The notes under the pieces: model-generated
Seen by the model: only the letters and a program-made list of their open reading frames with translations
The model's database searches: none
Told to the model about the DNA's origin: nothing
Shown: positions 29,665-38,786 of the stretch, in pieces
How positions within the stretch are numbered: the stretch's first letter is position 1
How the letters are laid out: each line of letters opens with the position of its first letter
Assembly: GCA_963781885.1 (NCBI GenBank)
Contig: CAWAHW010000005.1
Location: 1 to 64,000, forward strand
Origin: an uncultured Spirochaetota bacterium
GTDB taxonomy: Bacteria; Spirochaetota; Spirochaetia; SZUA-6; Fen-1364
Direction of reading: 5' to 3'
DNA length: 64,000 nt
Translations under genes and position numbers: made by a program

Positions 29665-30563
29665 TGAAACGCGGACCGGGTCTCGCGCGGCGCGGTCGCC
29701 GCTTTGCGGTCGTCTGCATGCTCCTTGTGCTGCTGGCGGGGCCGGCAACGGCCCTGGATTGGCCCGTCGCAAACCTGATCATCACGGGCACGTTTGGAGA
29801 GGACCGCGGCGATCATTTCCACAACGGCATCGACATCGGCGGCGGCGACCAGGTGGTGCGACCGGTGCTGCCGGGCGAGCTCGTCTTCCGCTACGATGAG
29901 GCCGCCGACTACAGCTCCCTGCCCCGGGGCGTCGGCAGCTACGTCGTGCTCCGTCACGGTCAGGGCATCCTCACCGTCTACTGCCATCTCTCCAACGGCA
30001 GCCTCGGCCCGTTCCGGGCGAGCTATGGGGTGACGGACCAGATCGGCATCACCGGCGAAACGGGAGACGCGCAGGGGAAGCACCTGCACTTCACCGTCTA
30101 TGACCAGGAGGCAGGCTCCGCCGTGAACCCGCTGTCCTTCCTGCCGCCGCGCATCGACCGTCAGCCGCCGGTCATCCGCCGTGTCCTTCTTGTCGTCGGC
30201 GACCAGAGCAACGTGCTGGAGCCCGGCATGGTGGTGAAGCCCGGACGCGCGGACGTCCTTGCCGAGGTCTACGACCTGCGGGAGGACGTGAGCTTCAGCT
30301 GGCCCCTGGCGCCCTACTCCATCGTCCTGTCGCTGGACGGCACCGATGTCTCTCATATCACCTTCGATTCCATCCAGGTGAAGGAGGGGCGGAGCGTGAT
30401 CGGGGCGAGCATGCTCACCCGCGATGCGATCTATGACGGCGCGGGGCTCATGCACCTGGGGAGCATCGACATGCGCGCCGGGGATTCGCGCCTCAAGGTG
30501 ACCGCGCGCGACTACGCGGGAAACGAGACGAGCAGGGAGATCCCTTTCACCGTGCAACAGTAG
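29664..30563 (+). CDS. M23 family metallopeptidase, secreted
   Basis: Signal peptide; TFGEDR.DHFHNGIDI (HxxxD), YCHL, G.TGETG...HLHF (HxH). Confidence 0.88.
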   Translation: MKRGPGLARRGRRFAVVCMLLVLLAGPATALDWPVANLIITGTFGEDRGDHFHNGIDIGGGDQVVRPVLPGELVFRYDEAADYSSLPRGVGSYVVLRHGQGILTVYCHLSNGSLGPFRASYGVTDQIGITGETGDAQGKHLHFTVYDQEAGSAVNPLSFLPPRIDRQPPVIRRVLLVVGDQSNVLEPGMVVKPGRADVLAEVYDLREDVSFSWPLAPYSIVLSLDGTDVSHITFDSIQVKEGRSVIGASMLTRDAIYDGAGLMHLGSIDMRAGDSRLKVTARDYAGNETSREIPFTVQQ

Positions 30564-30573
30564 GAGGCAGGAC

Positions 30574-31416
30574 ATGCCCAAGACATATTCATCCGTTCCC
30601 GGGACCGAGCGGCAGGAGTCGGTGCCGTGCCCGCTGTGCGGGGAAAGCCGCACCACCCCCCATCTTGCCTGCGACGGCTTTGTGTTCGTCCGGTGCGCCG
30701 CCTGCCGTCTGGTCTACCAGAATCCGCGGCCTGTTTTCGACGACCTTCGCGGCCGCTACGCTGCGGACTACTTCGCCTATGAGCTGGCCAATGAGGCCAA
30801 CTTCTTCGGCCTCATGCGCCTGGGGCTGCGCGACATCCGGTTTTCCCGGCGCGCAGAGTCGCTTCCGCAGCCGCGCACCTTCCTGGACATCGGCTGTGCC
30901 ACCGGCATGCTGATCGAATCCATGAAAAACGAGGGATGGCAGGTGAGGGGAGTGGACATCTGCCGGGAATCCGCGGAGTACGGAAAGAGCCATCGCGGCG
31001 TCGATATATTCCCGGGAACGCTGGAAGAAGCGCATTTTCCCGACAACTCGTTCAGCGCCATCCATTTCTCGCACCTCATCGAGCACGTCCCCGATCCGCG
31101 CGGTTTTCTCGCCGAGGTCCGCCGCATCCTTTCACCCGGCGGAGTGGCCATCATCACCACGCCGAATGTGGACGGCTTCCAGGCCCGTCTCTTCAAGCAG
31201 GCGTGGAGATCCGCCATCGCGGACCACCTTGTCCTCTTTTCGAAGAAGACCCTCCGACGCCTGATCGCGGAATCGGGCTTCGCAATCCAGAAAAGCATAA
31301 CATGGGGCGGGCTGGCGGTTGGAACGGCCCCCCCGATCGTGAAGAAGCCCATGGATTGGCTGGCCAAGAAATGGGGCTTTGGAGACGTTGTCCTCTATCT
31401 GGCGGCGAAACGTTAG
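30574..31416 (+). CDS. Class I SAM-dependent methyltransferase with N-terminal CxxC..CxxC Zn ribbon
   Basis: CPLCG...CAAC.LVYQNP, LDIGCATG, HLIEHVPDP, LSPGG...TTPN. Confidence 0.85.
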   Translation: MPKTYSSVPGTERQESVPCPLCGESRTTPHLACDGFVFVRCAACRLVYQNPRPVFDDLRGRYAADYFAYELANEANFFGLMRLGLRDIRFSRRAESLPQPRTFLDIGCATGMLIESMKNEGWQVRGVDICRESAEYGKSHRGVDIFPGTLEEAHFPDNSFSAIHFSHLIEHVPDPRGFLAEVRRILSPGGVAIITTPNVDGFQARLFKQAWRSAIADHLVLFSKKTLRRLIAESGFAIQKSITWGGLAVGTAPPIVKKPMDWLAKKWGFGDVVLYLAAKR

Positions 31417-31426
31417 CTCTATCTGA

Positions 31427-31732
31427 CTATCTCGTGATCGAGATCAGCGTGTCGAACTTGATCATCTGAAACGTCTTGTAGAGAGAATCGCTGCATCCTT
31501 TGATCTGAAGGACCCGGTCCTGTTCGGCCAGTTTTTTCCGGAAAAGAAGTATTTTCCCCAGCGCCGAGGAGTTGATGGTCTCCGTCTGCGAGAGGTCGAG
31601 TGTGATGACCCTGCTCCCTGCCGCAACAAGCTCGTCCATGTCCCGGTGGAACTCAACGGTCCTGTCCCCGGAAAGTGAGCCGGTCACCACCAACATGATT
31701 TCATCCCGAGAGATGCTTTTCTGTTCGAACAT
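31427..31732 (-). CDS. STAS-domain anti-sigma-factor antagonist-like protein
   Basis: ITLDLSQTETINSSALGKIL...LQIKGCS...FQMIKFD. Confidence 0.8.
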   Translation of the reverse strand: MFEQKSISRDEIMLVVTGSLSGDRTVEFHRDMDELVAAGSRVITLDLSQTETINSSALGKILLFRKKLAEQDRVLQIKGCSDSLYKTFQMIKFDTLISITR

Positions 31733-31734
31733 GC

Positions 31735-31983
31735 CTATCCTCCGCGCGGCGTGGCGCTTTCCAGCTCGGGCCGGGTGACCAGTTCAAGATGGTGGACCAC
31801 ATCCTCGGTGTTTCTGCCTGCCTCGGTCGATATCTTCCAGACCCGGTACGCGATGATCCGCGCGCTCGCCAGGGGAAGGGGCAACGGATTGCCATTGAGA
31901 TCGACGAGCTGGTTGACCCTGAGCGGGTGATCGATCTCCCGCGCATCCCCTTCGGGATATTCTATCGTGTACGTCCTTACCAC
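31735..31983 (-). CDS. Small hypothetical protein (82 aa)
   Basis: Sits between the DUF1820 and STAS genes; its 3' end carries the GGAGG RBS for the STAS gene; YPEGD..EI...L..NQLVDLNG.PL.LPL. Confidence 0.6.
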   Translation of the reverse strand: MVRTYTIEYPEGDAREIDHPLRVNQLVDLNGNPLPLPLASARIIAYRVWKISTEAGRNTEDVVHHLELVTRPELESATPRGG

Positions 31984-32032
31984 CAGTCAGTATTGTAGTC
32001 TGTTTCGTGTCCGGGAGCAACGCTGCGCGCGA

Positions 32033-32320
32033 TCAACCGTCCTCTGTCCGGTCGATGAGCGCGAAAGGCATGACCTTTCCTTCCGGCAGATCGGGAAGCT
32101 CCTCGATAAGCTGCACGGTCTGGAAAGGGATCATCAGGTGATCCGCCCGGGCGAATGTCCTGCGAACCTCGTCCTCCAGCGGATTGATCACGAGCTTCTG
32201 CTCGGTGGGGAAGACGAGATTCTTGATCGATACGAAATAGGGATGCGTAAGATCGAGGCTCCTTGCCATCAGCTCGATCTCTTTTTCTTTCCATTTGAAA
32301 TGGACGCGGTAAATCGACAC
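32033..32320 (-). CDS. DUF1820-like small protein
   Basis: IYRVHF...IELMAR...FVSIKNLVF...VINP.EDEVR..FA...MIP...V..IEE resembles DUF1820; GGAGA before GTG. Confidence 0.65.
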   Translation of the reverse strand: MSIYRVHFKWKEKEIELMARSLDLTHPYFVSIKNLVFPTEQKLVINPLEDEVRRTFARADHLMIPFQTVQLIEELPDLPEGKVMPFALIDRTEDG

Positions 32321-32340
32321 GGCTGCAGTCTCCGGCCCGA

Positions 32341-32369
32341 AGAATAGCCAGATCGCGCGGAAGTGTCAA
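32341..32369 (-). promoter_or_regulatory. Sigma70-type promoter for the DUF1820 operon
   Basis: Minus strand TTGACA (32369-32364), 17 bp, TATTCT (32346-32341). Confidence 0.5.
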
Positions 32370-32450
32370 ATTATGACATTTACTATACAAAGGTGTGTTA
32401 GTTCCGATAATAAGATACGGCATTTCGTACTTTTTCTGCCCCCATCGTGA

Positions 32451-32478
32451 TTGACAACATCACTTTCAGAGGTATTAT
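32451..32478 (+). promoter_or_regulatory. Sigma70-type promoter of the mraZ/dcw operon
   Basis: TTGACA 32451-32456, 16 bp, TATTAT 32473-32478. Confidence 0.65.
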
Positions 32479-32490
32479 GTGGCCCAGGAG

Positions 32491-32525
32491 GTGGGAAAAA
32501 GTGGGAGAGATTAGGGAAAAGTGGT
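32491..32525 (+). promoter_or_regulatory. MraZ-binding direct repeats
   Basis: GTGGG 32491, GTGGG 32501, degenerate TTAGG 32511, GTGGT 32521; 10-bp period directly upstream of mraZ, as known for MraZ boxes. Confidence 0.75.
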
Positions 32526-32535
32526 GAAGTAGGCC

Positions 32536-32976
32536 ATGATCACCGGAGAATTCCGCTGTTCGCTGGATGAAAAGGGGAGGCTGCTCATACCTGCCCGCAT
32601 GAGGACGGAAGTGGCCGGCAACATGGTCGTCCTGACTCGTGGGGTTGAAAACTGCCTCTGGCTTTTCCCGCCCGAAGAGTGGAAATCCTTCTCCGAAAAG
32701 CTCATCGGCTCGACCTCGCTGTTCCAGGAGGAATCGAGGCTCATCCAGCGCCGCATGATCGCCCCCGCACAGGAAAACGAGATCGACAAGGCGGGGAGGA
32801 TCGTCGTCCCGCAGACGCTGCGGGAATACGCAGACCTGAAAAAGGACTGCATCATCCTTGGACTGCAGAAATACATGGAGATATGGTCCGAAGCCTCCTA
32901 TGAAGCCTACCTCGATGCGAACGAGGCGAAGTTCAAGGAAGCGGCGGAAAAGCTCGGCGGGAGGATCACCCTGTGA
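32536..32976 (+). CDS. mraZ: Division/cell-wall cluster regulator MraZ
   Basis: Two DxxGR motifs (LDEKGRL, IDKAGRI), TRGVENCL, EIWS. Confidence 0.95.
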   Translation: MITGEFRCSLDEKGRLLIPARMRTEVAGNMVVLTRGVENCLWLFPPEEWKSFSEKLIGSTSLFQEESRLIQRRMIAPAQENEIDKAGRIVVPQTLREYADLKKDCIILGLQKYMEIWSEASYEAYLDANEAKFKEAAEKLGGRITL

Positions 32977-33935
32977 TCGTCCACCAGTCCGTGATGCCGC
33001 AAGAGGTGCTCGCCAATCTCGTGCCGCCGCAAACAGGGGGGCTTCTGATCGACGCCACGGTGGGTGAGGGCGGCCATGCCGAGGCCTTCCTCCAGCGTTA
33101 CCCGACGCTGACGCTGATCGGCCTCGATGCCGACGCTGCAATCCTGGACGTCGCACGTGAAAGGCTTTCCGCGTATGCCGACCGCACGCGTCTGGTCAAC
33201 GCGTGGTACGGCGCATTCCTTGCCGCCTATGACGTGCCGCCCGGCGTGGACCTGATCCTCATGGATCTGGGCATTTCCCGCTACCACTATGAAGCAAGCG
33301 GCCGCGGCTTTTCCTTCGATCGGGACGAAACGCTCGACATGAGGCTCGGGGCCGATCTACCCGTCACGGCCGCCGACCTCGTGAATGATTCCGCCCCCGC
33401 GGAGCTCGCCGACATCCTCTTCCGCTACGGGGAGGAGGGAAACGCGCACGCGATCGTCTCGCGCATCGTGCGGGAGCGGCGGAAGGCGCCCATCACGAGC
33501 GCGTCCCGTCTTGCGGCCATCGTGGCCGGCGCCGTGCCGGCGCAGTTCCGCCACCGCCGCACCCATCCCGCGACGCGCACGTTCCAGGCCCTCCGCATCG
33601 CCGTGAACAGGGAGCTGGAGCAGCTGGAAACCGGGCTCGCCGAGGCGGTGCGCATCCTCGCACCGGCCGGCAGGATCGGCGTCATCACCTTCCATTCCCT
33701 CGAGGACCGCATCGTAAAGCGCTTCTTCCGCGAAAAGAGCCGGGCATGTACCTGTCCGCCGGAATGGCCGATCTGTCAATGTGGGGGCAAAGCGGCACTC
33801 CGGCTCGTGACGGGCAAACCTCTCACCGCCGCGGAAGGGGAGGTTTCCCGCAATCCGGCCAGCCGCAGCGCGAAGCTGCGGGTGGCGGAGAAGCCGCGCG
33901 TCGTGCCCACCCCTGCGGCGGAGGAGGAAGCATGA
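32973..33935 (+). CDS. rsmH: 16S rRNA C1402 N4-methyltransferase RsmH
   Basis: HQSVM, DATVGEGGH, DLGIS, RGFSF, LDMR, HPATRTFQALRIAVN, FHSLEDR, NPASRSAKLR. Confidence 0.96.
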   Translation: MIVHQSVMPQEVLANLVPPQTGGLLIDATVGEGGHAEAFLQRYPTLTLIGLDADAAILDVARERLSAYADRTRLVNAWYGAFLAAYDVPPGVDLILMDLGISRYHYEASGRGFSFDRDETLDMRLGADLPVTAADLVNDSAPAELADILFRYGEEGNAHAIVSRIVRERRKAPITSASRLAAIVAGAVPAQFRHRRTHPATRTFQALRIAVNRELEQLETGLAEAVRILAPAGRIGVITFHSLEDRIVKRFFREKSRACTCPPEWPICQCGGKAALRLVTGKPLTAAEGEVSRNPASRSAKLRVAEKPRVVPTPAAEEEA

Positions 33936-34225
33936 AGAAAAGGATCCTGACGGCCGTGCTCTGCCTGGCCGTGCCCGGGCTTTTCTTCCTCAATGCGTGG
34001 GAAGGCTATCGTTACAACGCCCTTGCCGACCAGATCGGGGGGTTGGAAAAGCAGCAGAAGGACCTCCTGGAGGCGAATCGCGACACGATAGGCCAGATCG
34101 CCTACGAGGGGTCGCCGGATCGCATCGCGGAGAAGGCCGCCGCTCTCGGCCTGGCTAAGCCCGACACCGCCGCGGTCACACGGCTTCAGGTGGAGCCCGC
34201 GCAGGCGGAGGGATCGACACCGTGA
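33932..34225 (+). CDS. ftsL: Cell division protein FtsL-like
   Basis: Short TM plus coiled coil plus SPDRIAEKA; located after rsmH. Confidence 0.7.
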   Translation: MKKRILTAVLCLAVPGLFFLNAWEGYRYNALADQIGGLEKQQKDLLEANRDTIGQIAYEGSPDRIAEKAAALGLAKPDTAAVTRLQVEPAQAEGSTP

Positions 34226-35646
34226 TGGCGACAGCCGCGGCCCGCGCACGATTCAGCTTTGCGACGCTCCTGGCTGCCACGCGCGGGCGCATCATCGCGC
34301 GCCCGGCCGGCTCCGTCGGTGTGACCTCGGTCACGAGCGATTCGCGCGCGGCTGCCGAGGGCAGCCTCTTCGTGGCCCTGACCGGCGAGCGTACCGACGG
34401 TCACCGCTACCTCGGCCAGGCGGCGGCCGCGGGCGCCACGGCGCTCCTGGTGTCCGACGCGCAGGCCGCCGCCCGCGCCGACGAGCTTGAGGCCATCGCG
34501 GCACGGCACGGCACCGGCATCATCGCCGTCGCCGACCCCCTCACGGGCCTGCAGGATCTTGCCCGCGCGCACATGCGGAGCATGCCGTCCGTCACGCGCA
34601 TCGCGGTGACCGGCTCCAACGGCAAGACGACGACGAAAGAAATCATCGGCGCGATACTCGGGAGGGTGGCGCCGACGGCGATGAACGAGGGGAACCTGAA
34701 CTCCGAGGTCGGTCTTCCCCTGGCCTGCTGCGCGGTGGCCGCCGATCACCGCTACGCGGTACTGGAAATGGGCATGAATCACGCGGGAGAGATGGACGTG
34801 CTGGTCGACATCGTGCGTCCCGACCTCGCCCTGATCACGAATATCGGGACCGCGCACATCGGGCTCCTGGGATCGCAGGACGCGATTGCGGCGGAAAAGA
34901 AAAAGGTCTTTGCGCGTTTCGACGGTCGACAGACCGGATTCCTCCCGGAGGGGGAGCGCTATCACGCGTTCCTGTCCGCGGGCGTCCGGGGTCGCATCGT
35001 CTCCTTTGGGCCGAAGAGCACCCCGGGATACGGGGGGAGCGAGAGCATGGGGCTGGGTGGAACGATCATCCACTGGGAGGGGTCCCTGGTCCGTTTCCCG
35101 CTCTTCGGTCCTCATAACCTCGCCAACGCGCTGGGAGCGATCTCAGTGGCGCGCGAGCTGGGCGTCCCGAACGCGGAGGTACGCGACGGTCTGGAATCCG
35201 TCACGCCGCTGTTCGGGCGGTCCCAGGTCATCGAAGGCCCCGTGACGGTGATCGCCGACTGCTACAACGCGAATCCGGACTCCATGGACCGGTCGCTCGA
35301 CTTCCTGGAGAGCCTGCCGTGGGCCGGCCGGAAGATCGCCGTCCTGGGCAGCATGCGCGAGCTGGGTGAACGGACCGATGCCGCGCACGAAGCGCTGGGA
35401 CGACGCCTCCGCGCGTCGCCGCTCGATGCGATCCTGCTCCTGGGTCCCGAGATGGAGCGGGCGTTGCAGGCATCCGAGGGAGCCACGGCGCACTGCCGGT
35501 GGTTCGCCTCCATCGACCCGCTGGCCTCCTATCTCACGCCGTTTATCCGGGAAGGAGACCTCGTGCTCCTGAAGGGTTCGCGCAGCCTCGAAATGGAAGG
35601 CCTGCTGCCGCTTTTCTCGACAGGGGAAGGCGGCGCGCGATGCTGA
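34222..35646 (+). CDS. murF: UDP-MurNAc-tripeptide:D-Ala-D-Ala ligase
   Basis: DSR, DGHRY, TGSNGKTTTK, LEMGMNHAGE, DCYNANPDS, MRELG, LKGSR. Confidence 0.95.
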   Translation: MMATAAARARFSFATLLAATRGRIIARPAGSVGVTSVTSDSRAAAEGSLFVALTGERTDGHRYLGQAAAAGATALLVSDAQAAARADELEAIAARHGTGIIAVADPLTGLQDLARAHMRSMPSVTRIAVTGSNGKTTTKEIIGAILGRVAPTAMNEGNLNSEVGLPLACCAVAADHRYAVLEMGMNHAGEMDVLVDIVRPDLALITNIGTAHIGLLGSQDAIAAEKKKVFARFDGRQTGFLPEGERYHAFLSAGVRGRIVSFGPKSTPGYGGSESMGLGGTIIHWEGSLVRFPLFGPHNLANALGAISVARELGVPNAEVRDGLESVTPLFGRSQVIEGPVTVIADCYNANPDSMDRSLDFLESLPWAGRKIAVLGSMRELGERTDAAHEALGRRLRASPLDAILLLGPEMERALQASEGATAHCRWFASIDPLASYLTPFIREGDLVLLKGSRSLEMEGLLPLFSTGEGGARC

Positions 35647-36713
35647 AGTTCCTCTTCGCCCTTCGCCCCCACCTTTCCTTTCTCAACATCTTCCAGTACA
35701 TCACGTTCCGCGCGGCCTACGCGGCGATCACCGCTCTCCTCATCTCCTTCCTCTTCGGCCCGGTGGTCATCGCGAAGCTGCGGGCGATGAAGACGGGCTG
35801 GACGGTGCGGGAGGATACGCCGAGCAGCCACCAGGCGAAGGCCGGCACGCCGACCATGGGCGGCGTCCTGATCATCATCTCCGTCGGCATCTCGCTTCTC
35901 CTCTGGGAGGATCCGTCGAGCATCTACACGTGGCTGCTTCTTTTCGCCACGCTGGGCTTCGGGGCCATCGGCTTTGCCGACGACTACCTGAAGATGTCTC
36001 CCCGCAAACGCGGCATCAGCGCCGGGGTGAAGTTCGGCGGCCAGATCGTCGTCTCCGCCATCATCGTCGTGATCCTCTTCATCCAGCGCACCGACACGAC
36101 GACCCAGCTCTACCTGCCCTTCCTGAAGCACCCGATCGTCGACCTGTCGTGGTTCTACATCCCCTTTGCCATCATCCTGATGGTCGGGTACTCCAACGCC
36201 GTGAATCTCACCGACGGCCTGGACGGTCTTGCCATCGGCCTGGTCATCATGGTGGGGCTCGCCCTCACGGTGCTCGCCTACCTCACCGGGCGCGTCGACT
36301 ATGCCGACTACCTGGCGATCCCCTTCGTGAAGGGGGGCAGCGAGATCGCCGTTTTCTGTCTGTCCGTGGTCGGCGCGTCGGTGGGCTTCCTCTGGTTCAA
36401 CGCGCACCCCGCGGACGTCTGGATGGGCGACACCGGCAGCCTCTCACTGGGCGGCGTGCTCGGCGTCGTGGCACTCATCCTCAAGAAGGAGGTCCTCATC
36501 CTGATCCTCGGCGGCGTCTTCGTCCTGGAGACCCTGTCCGTGACGATCCAGGTGATCTCCTTCAAGCTCACGGGCAAGCGCGTCTTCAAGATGGCGCCGC
36601 TCCACCACCACTTCGAGCTCAGCGGCTGGCCGGAGAGCAAGGTGGTGACGAGGTTGTGGATACTTGGCGGCCTGTTCGCGATCCTGGGTCTGTCGACCCT
36701 GAAGATCCAGTAG
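35640..36713 (+). CDS. mraY: Phospho-MurNAc-pentapeptide transferase
   Basis: KAGTPTMGG, DDYLK, NAVNLTDGLDGLA, MGDTGSL, MAPLHHHFE. Confidence 0.97.
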   Translation: MLKFLFALRPHLSFLNIFQYITFRAAYAAITALLISFLFGPVVIAKLRAMKTGWTVREDTPSSHQAKAGTPTMGGVLIIISVGISLLLWEDPSSIYTWLLLFATLGFGAIGFADDYLKMSPRKRGISAGVKFGGQIVVSAIIVVILFIQRTDTTTQLYLPFLKHPIVDLSWFYIPFAIILMVGYSNAVNLTDGLDGLAIGLVIMVGLALTVLAYLTGRVDYADYLAIPFVKGGSEIAVFCLSVVGASVGFLWFNAHPADVWMGDTGSLSLGGVLGVVALILKKEVLILILGGVFVLETLSVTIQVISFKLTGKRVFKMAPLHHHFELSGWPESKVVTRLWILGGLFAILGLSTLKIQ

Positions 36714-36746
36714 CGGAGAATGCCACCAGGAGTGGCCGGGGGAGAC

Positions 36747-37853
36747 ATGGAGCGAGTCGAAAAACAGCGCGGCGACATGATCCTGGTGATGCTCCTCATC
36801 GTCATCCTCGGTGTCGGGCTCGCGCTGCTTTTCTCCAGCTCATCGTCATTCTCCGACCGGGTCCGCGGGGACCCGCTGTACATCCTGAAAAGGCAGCTCC
36901 TCTGGGCGGCGCTCGGCGGGGTGGCCGCATTCGTGATCTCCCTCACGCCGCTTCCCTCCATCCGTCGATGGATCCCCCTGATCCTGTTCGGCACGCTCGC
37001 CGGTCTGCTCCTGCCTTTCCTGCCCGGTGTCGGCACGAGCATCCTGGGCTCGCGGCGGTGGATCAGCATGTTCGGCCAGTCCTTCCAGCCTTCCGAGCTC
37101 GTCAAGGTGAGCCTCATCCTCTATCTGGCATCCTATTTCGCGCGCCGGGAGACGGACCAGAGATCGACGATGAACACCCTGATCCCGCCCTTCATTGTGA
37201 CATGCGTCTTTGCCGGGATCATCCTTCTGCAGAACGACTATTCCACGGCGGCCTTTGTCCTGGTCATTGGATTCGCGATGCTCTTCATCGCGCGCGTGCC
37301 GGCCCTTCACCTTCTCCTCCTCACGGTCTTCACCGTGCCGCTGGGCTTCCTCCTGATCTTCACCCGCGAGCACCGCGTGCAGCGGCTCCTTGCATTCTTC
37401 GACCTCTCGTCCCACAGCGCCGACGCCGGCTACCAGCTCGTCACCGCGAAGGCCGCGCTGGTGAGCGGCGGTCTCTGGGGCCGCGGCCTGGGCCGCAGCG
37501 CCGCGAAGCTCGGGCCGCTGCCGATGTCGTATTCGGACTTCATCTATACGATCATCGGGGAAGAGACGGGCCTCGTCGGCGCGCTGTTCGTCGTCGTGCT
37601 CTTCGGCCTCCTTGCCTGGCGGGGATTCCGCATCACGCTGCGCGCCGACGACCGCTTCTCCTCCTACACGGCCTTCGGCATCACCGCCGCCATCAGCCTC
37701 CAGGCGCTGCTGAACATGGCGGTGGCCGTCGGGCTGGTCCCGACGACGGGCGTCACGCTTCCCTTCTTCTCCGCCGGCGGCTCGTCGCTCTTCGTCACGC
37801 TCGTGATGTGCGGTCTCCTCGTGAATCTTTCGCGGAGGGTTTCCGATGTCTAA
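36747..37853 (+). CDS. ftsW: SEDS peptidoglycan polymerase FtsW
   Basis: GSRRWI, FQPSELVK, GYQL, DFIY..IGEETG, PTTGVTLPFFSAGGSS. Confidence 0.93.
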   Translation: MERVEKQRGDMILVMLLIVILGVGLALLFSSSSSFSDRVRGDPLYILKRQLLWAALGGVAAFVISLTPLPSIRRWIPLILFGTLAGLLLPFLPGVGTSILGSRRWISMFGQSFQPSELVKVSLILYLASYFARRETDQRSTMNTLIPPFIVTCVFAGIILLQNDYSTAAFVLVIGFAMLFIARVPALHLLLLTVFTVPLGFLLIFTREHRVQRLLAFFDLSSHSADAGYQLVTAKAALVSGGLWGRGLGRSAAKLGPLPMSYSDFIYTIIGEETGLVGALFVVVLFGLLAWRGFRITLRADDRFSSYTAFGITAAISLQALLNMAVAVGLVPTTGVTLPFFSAGGSSLFVTLVMCGLLVNLSRRVSDV

Positions 37854-38672
37854 TGCCGCAACGCTGCGCGACGGCGCCCCGGGAAACGACGCGCCTCAGG
37901 CGGTACGGTGGGCGCGGCCGGTGCTCGTCGCCCTCATCGCGCTCTGCGCCCTCGTGCTCCTGGCGCGTTTCGTCGGCGAGCCGGCCATGCGCATCCGTCA
38001 CATCGTCGTGCACAGCGACGTGCAGCTGGCCGACGACCAGGTGCTCGCGCCTTTCGGGCATTCAGGGCGGCGAGCATTACTACAGCGTTTCCTCCACGGC
38101 CGTGCAGAAGAGGCTTGAATCGAGCCCGCTCGTGCGCGGCGCTTCCGTGGAGAAGGTCTTCCCGGACACGATCCGCATGACCGTGTGGGGCCGGCAGCCC
38201 GCCGCCGTGATTCTTGCCTCCGCGTCGGGCCGCAGCCTGCCCGGTGCTCGTCGACGATGAGGGGATCATCTTCAAGGTCGGCGCGACGAGCTCGGATCTG
38301 GACCTGCCCGTGGTCTCGGGTCTCACGGGGGGAAGCATGGCGCTCGGGGCGCAGCTTCCGGCCCCGTACCGCAAGCTGTTCGGGGACCTGCGCGCGGTGC
38401 GGGACAGGTCGCCGTCCCTCTACGGGCTCATCTCCGAGGTGCGCGTGGTGAGCCCCGGCTCCGACCCGGCCCAGGGCTTCGACCTGCTCGTGTACCTCAC
38501 GACCTCGACGGTGCCCGTGCGCACGCGCGGGAGCATCGACGAGAGCCTGCTGAAATACGCGCTCATGGTGCTGGACCTCTTGTCGCAGCAGGGCATCGTG
38601 GGCGATATTCAGGAGCTCGATTTTCGCGGTGGCGACGTCGTGTACAAGATGCGCAGCGGGGCGACGCCGTGA
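37846..38672 (+). CDS. ftsQ: Cell division protein FtsQ, two frameshifts (near 38050 and 38241)
   Basis: TM plus POTRA split over three frames: ...LADDQVLA / LSGIQGG...LESSPLVRGASVEKVFPDTIRMTV.GRQP / VLVDDEGIIF...ELDFRGG; lies between ftsW and ftsA. Confidence 0.85.
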
Positions 38673-38771
38673 CGGCGCGGGGTACCGACGCCCGGGGAAA
38701 TGCGCGGGGTACCGACGCCGGGAAATGCGGAGTACCGACGCCGGGAAATGCGCGGGGTACCGACGCCGTGA
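38662..38771. repeat. Tandem array, 4 x about 26 bp (GGGAAATGCGCGG-GGTA-CCGACGCC), flanked by an 11-bp direct repeat
   Basis: TACCGACGCC four times between ftsQ and ftsA; CGACGCCGTGA at 38662-38672 and 38761-38771. Confidence 0.9.
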
Positions 38772-38786
38772 GGGAGGGATAACGCC

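Noticed and set aside
37846-38672. ftsQ, nadK, flgC and fliK as pseudogenes
   Set aside because: Essential or operon-embedded genes repaired by single bases in short runs; sequencing error is more likely.
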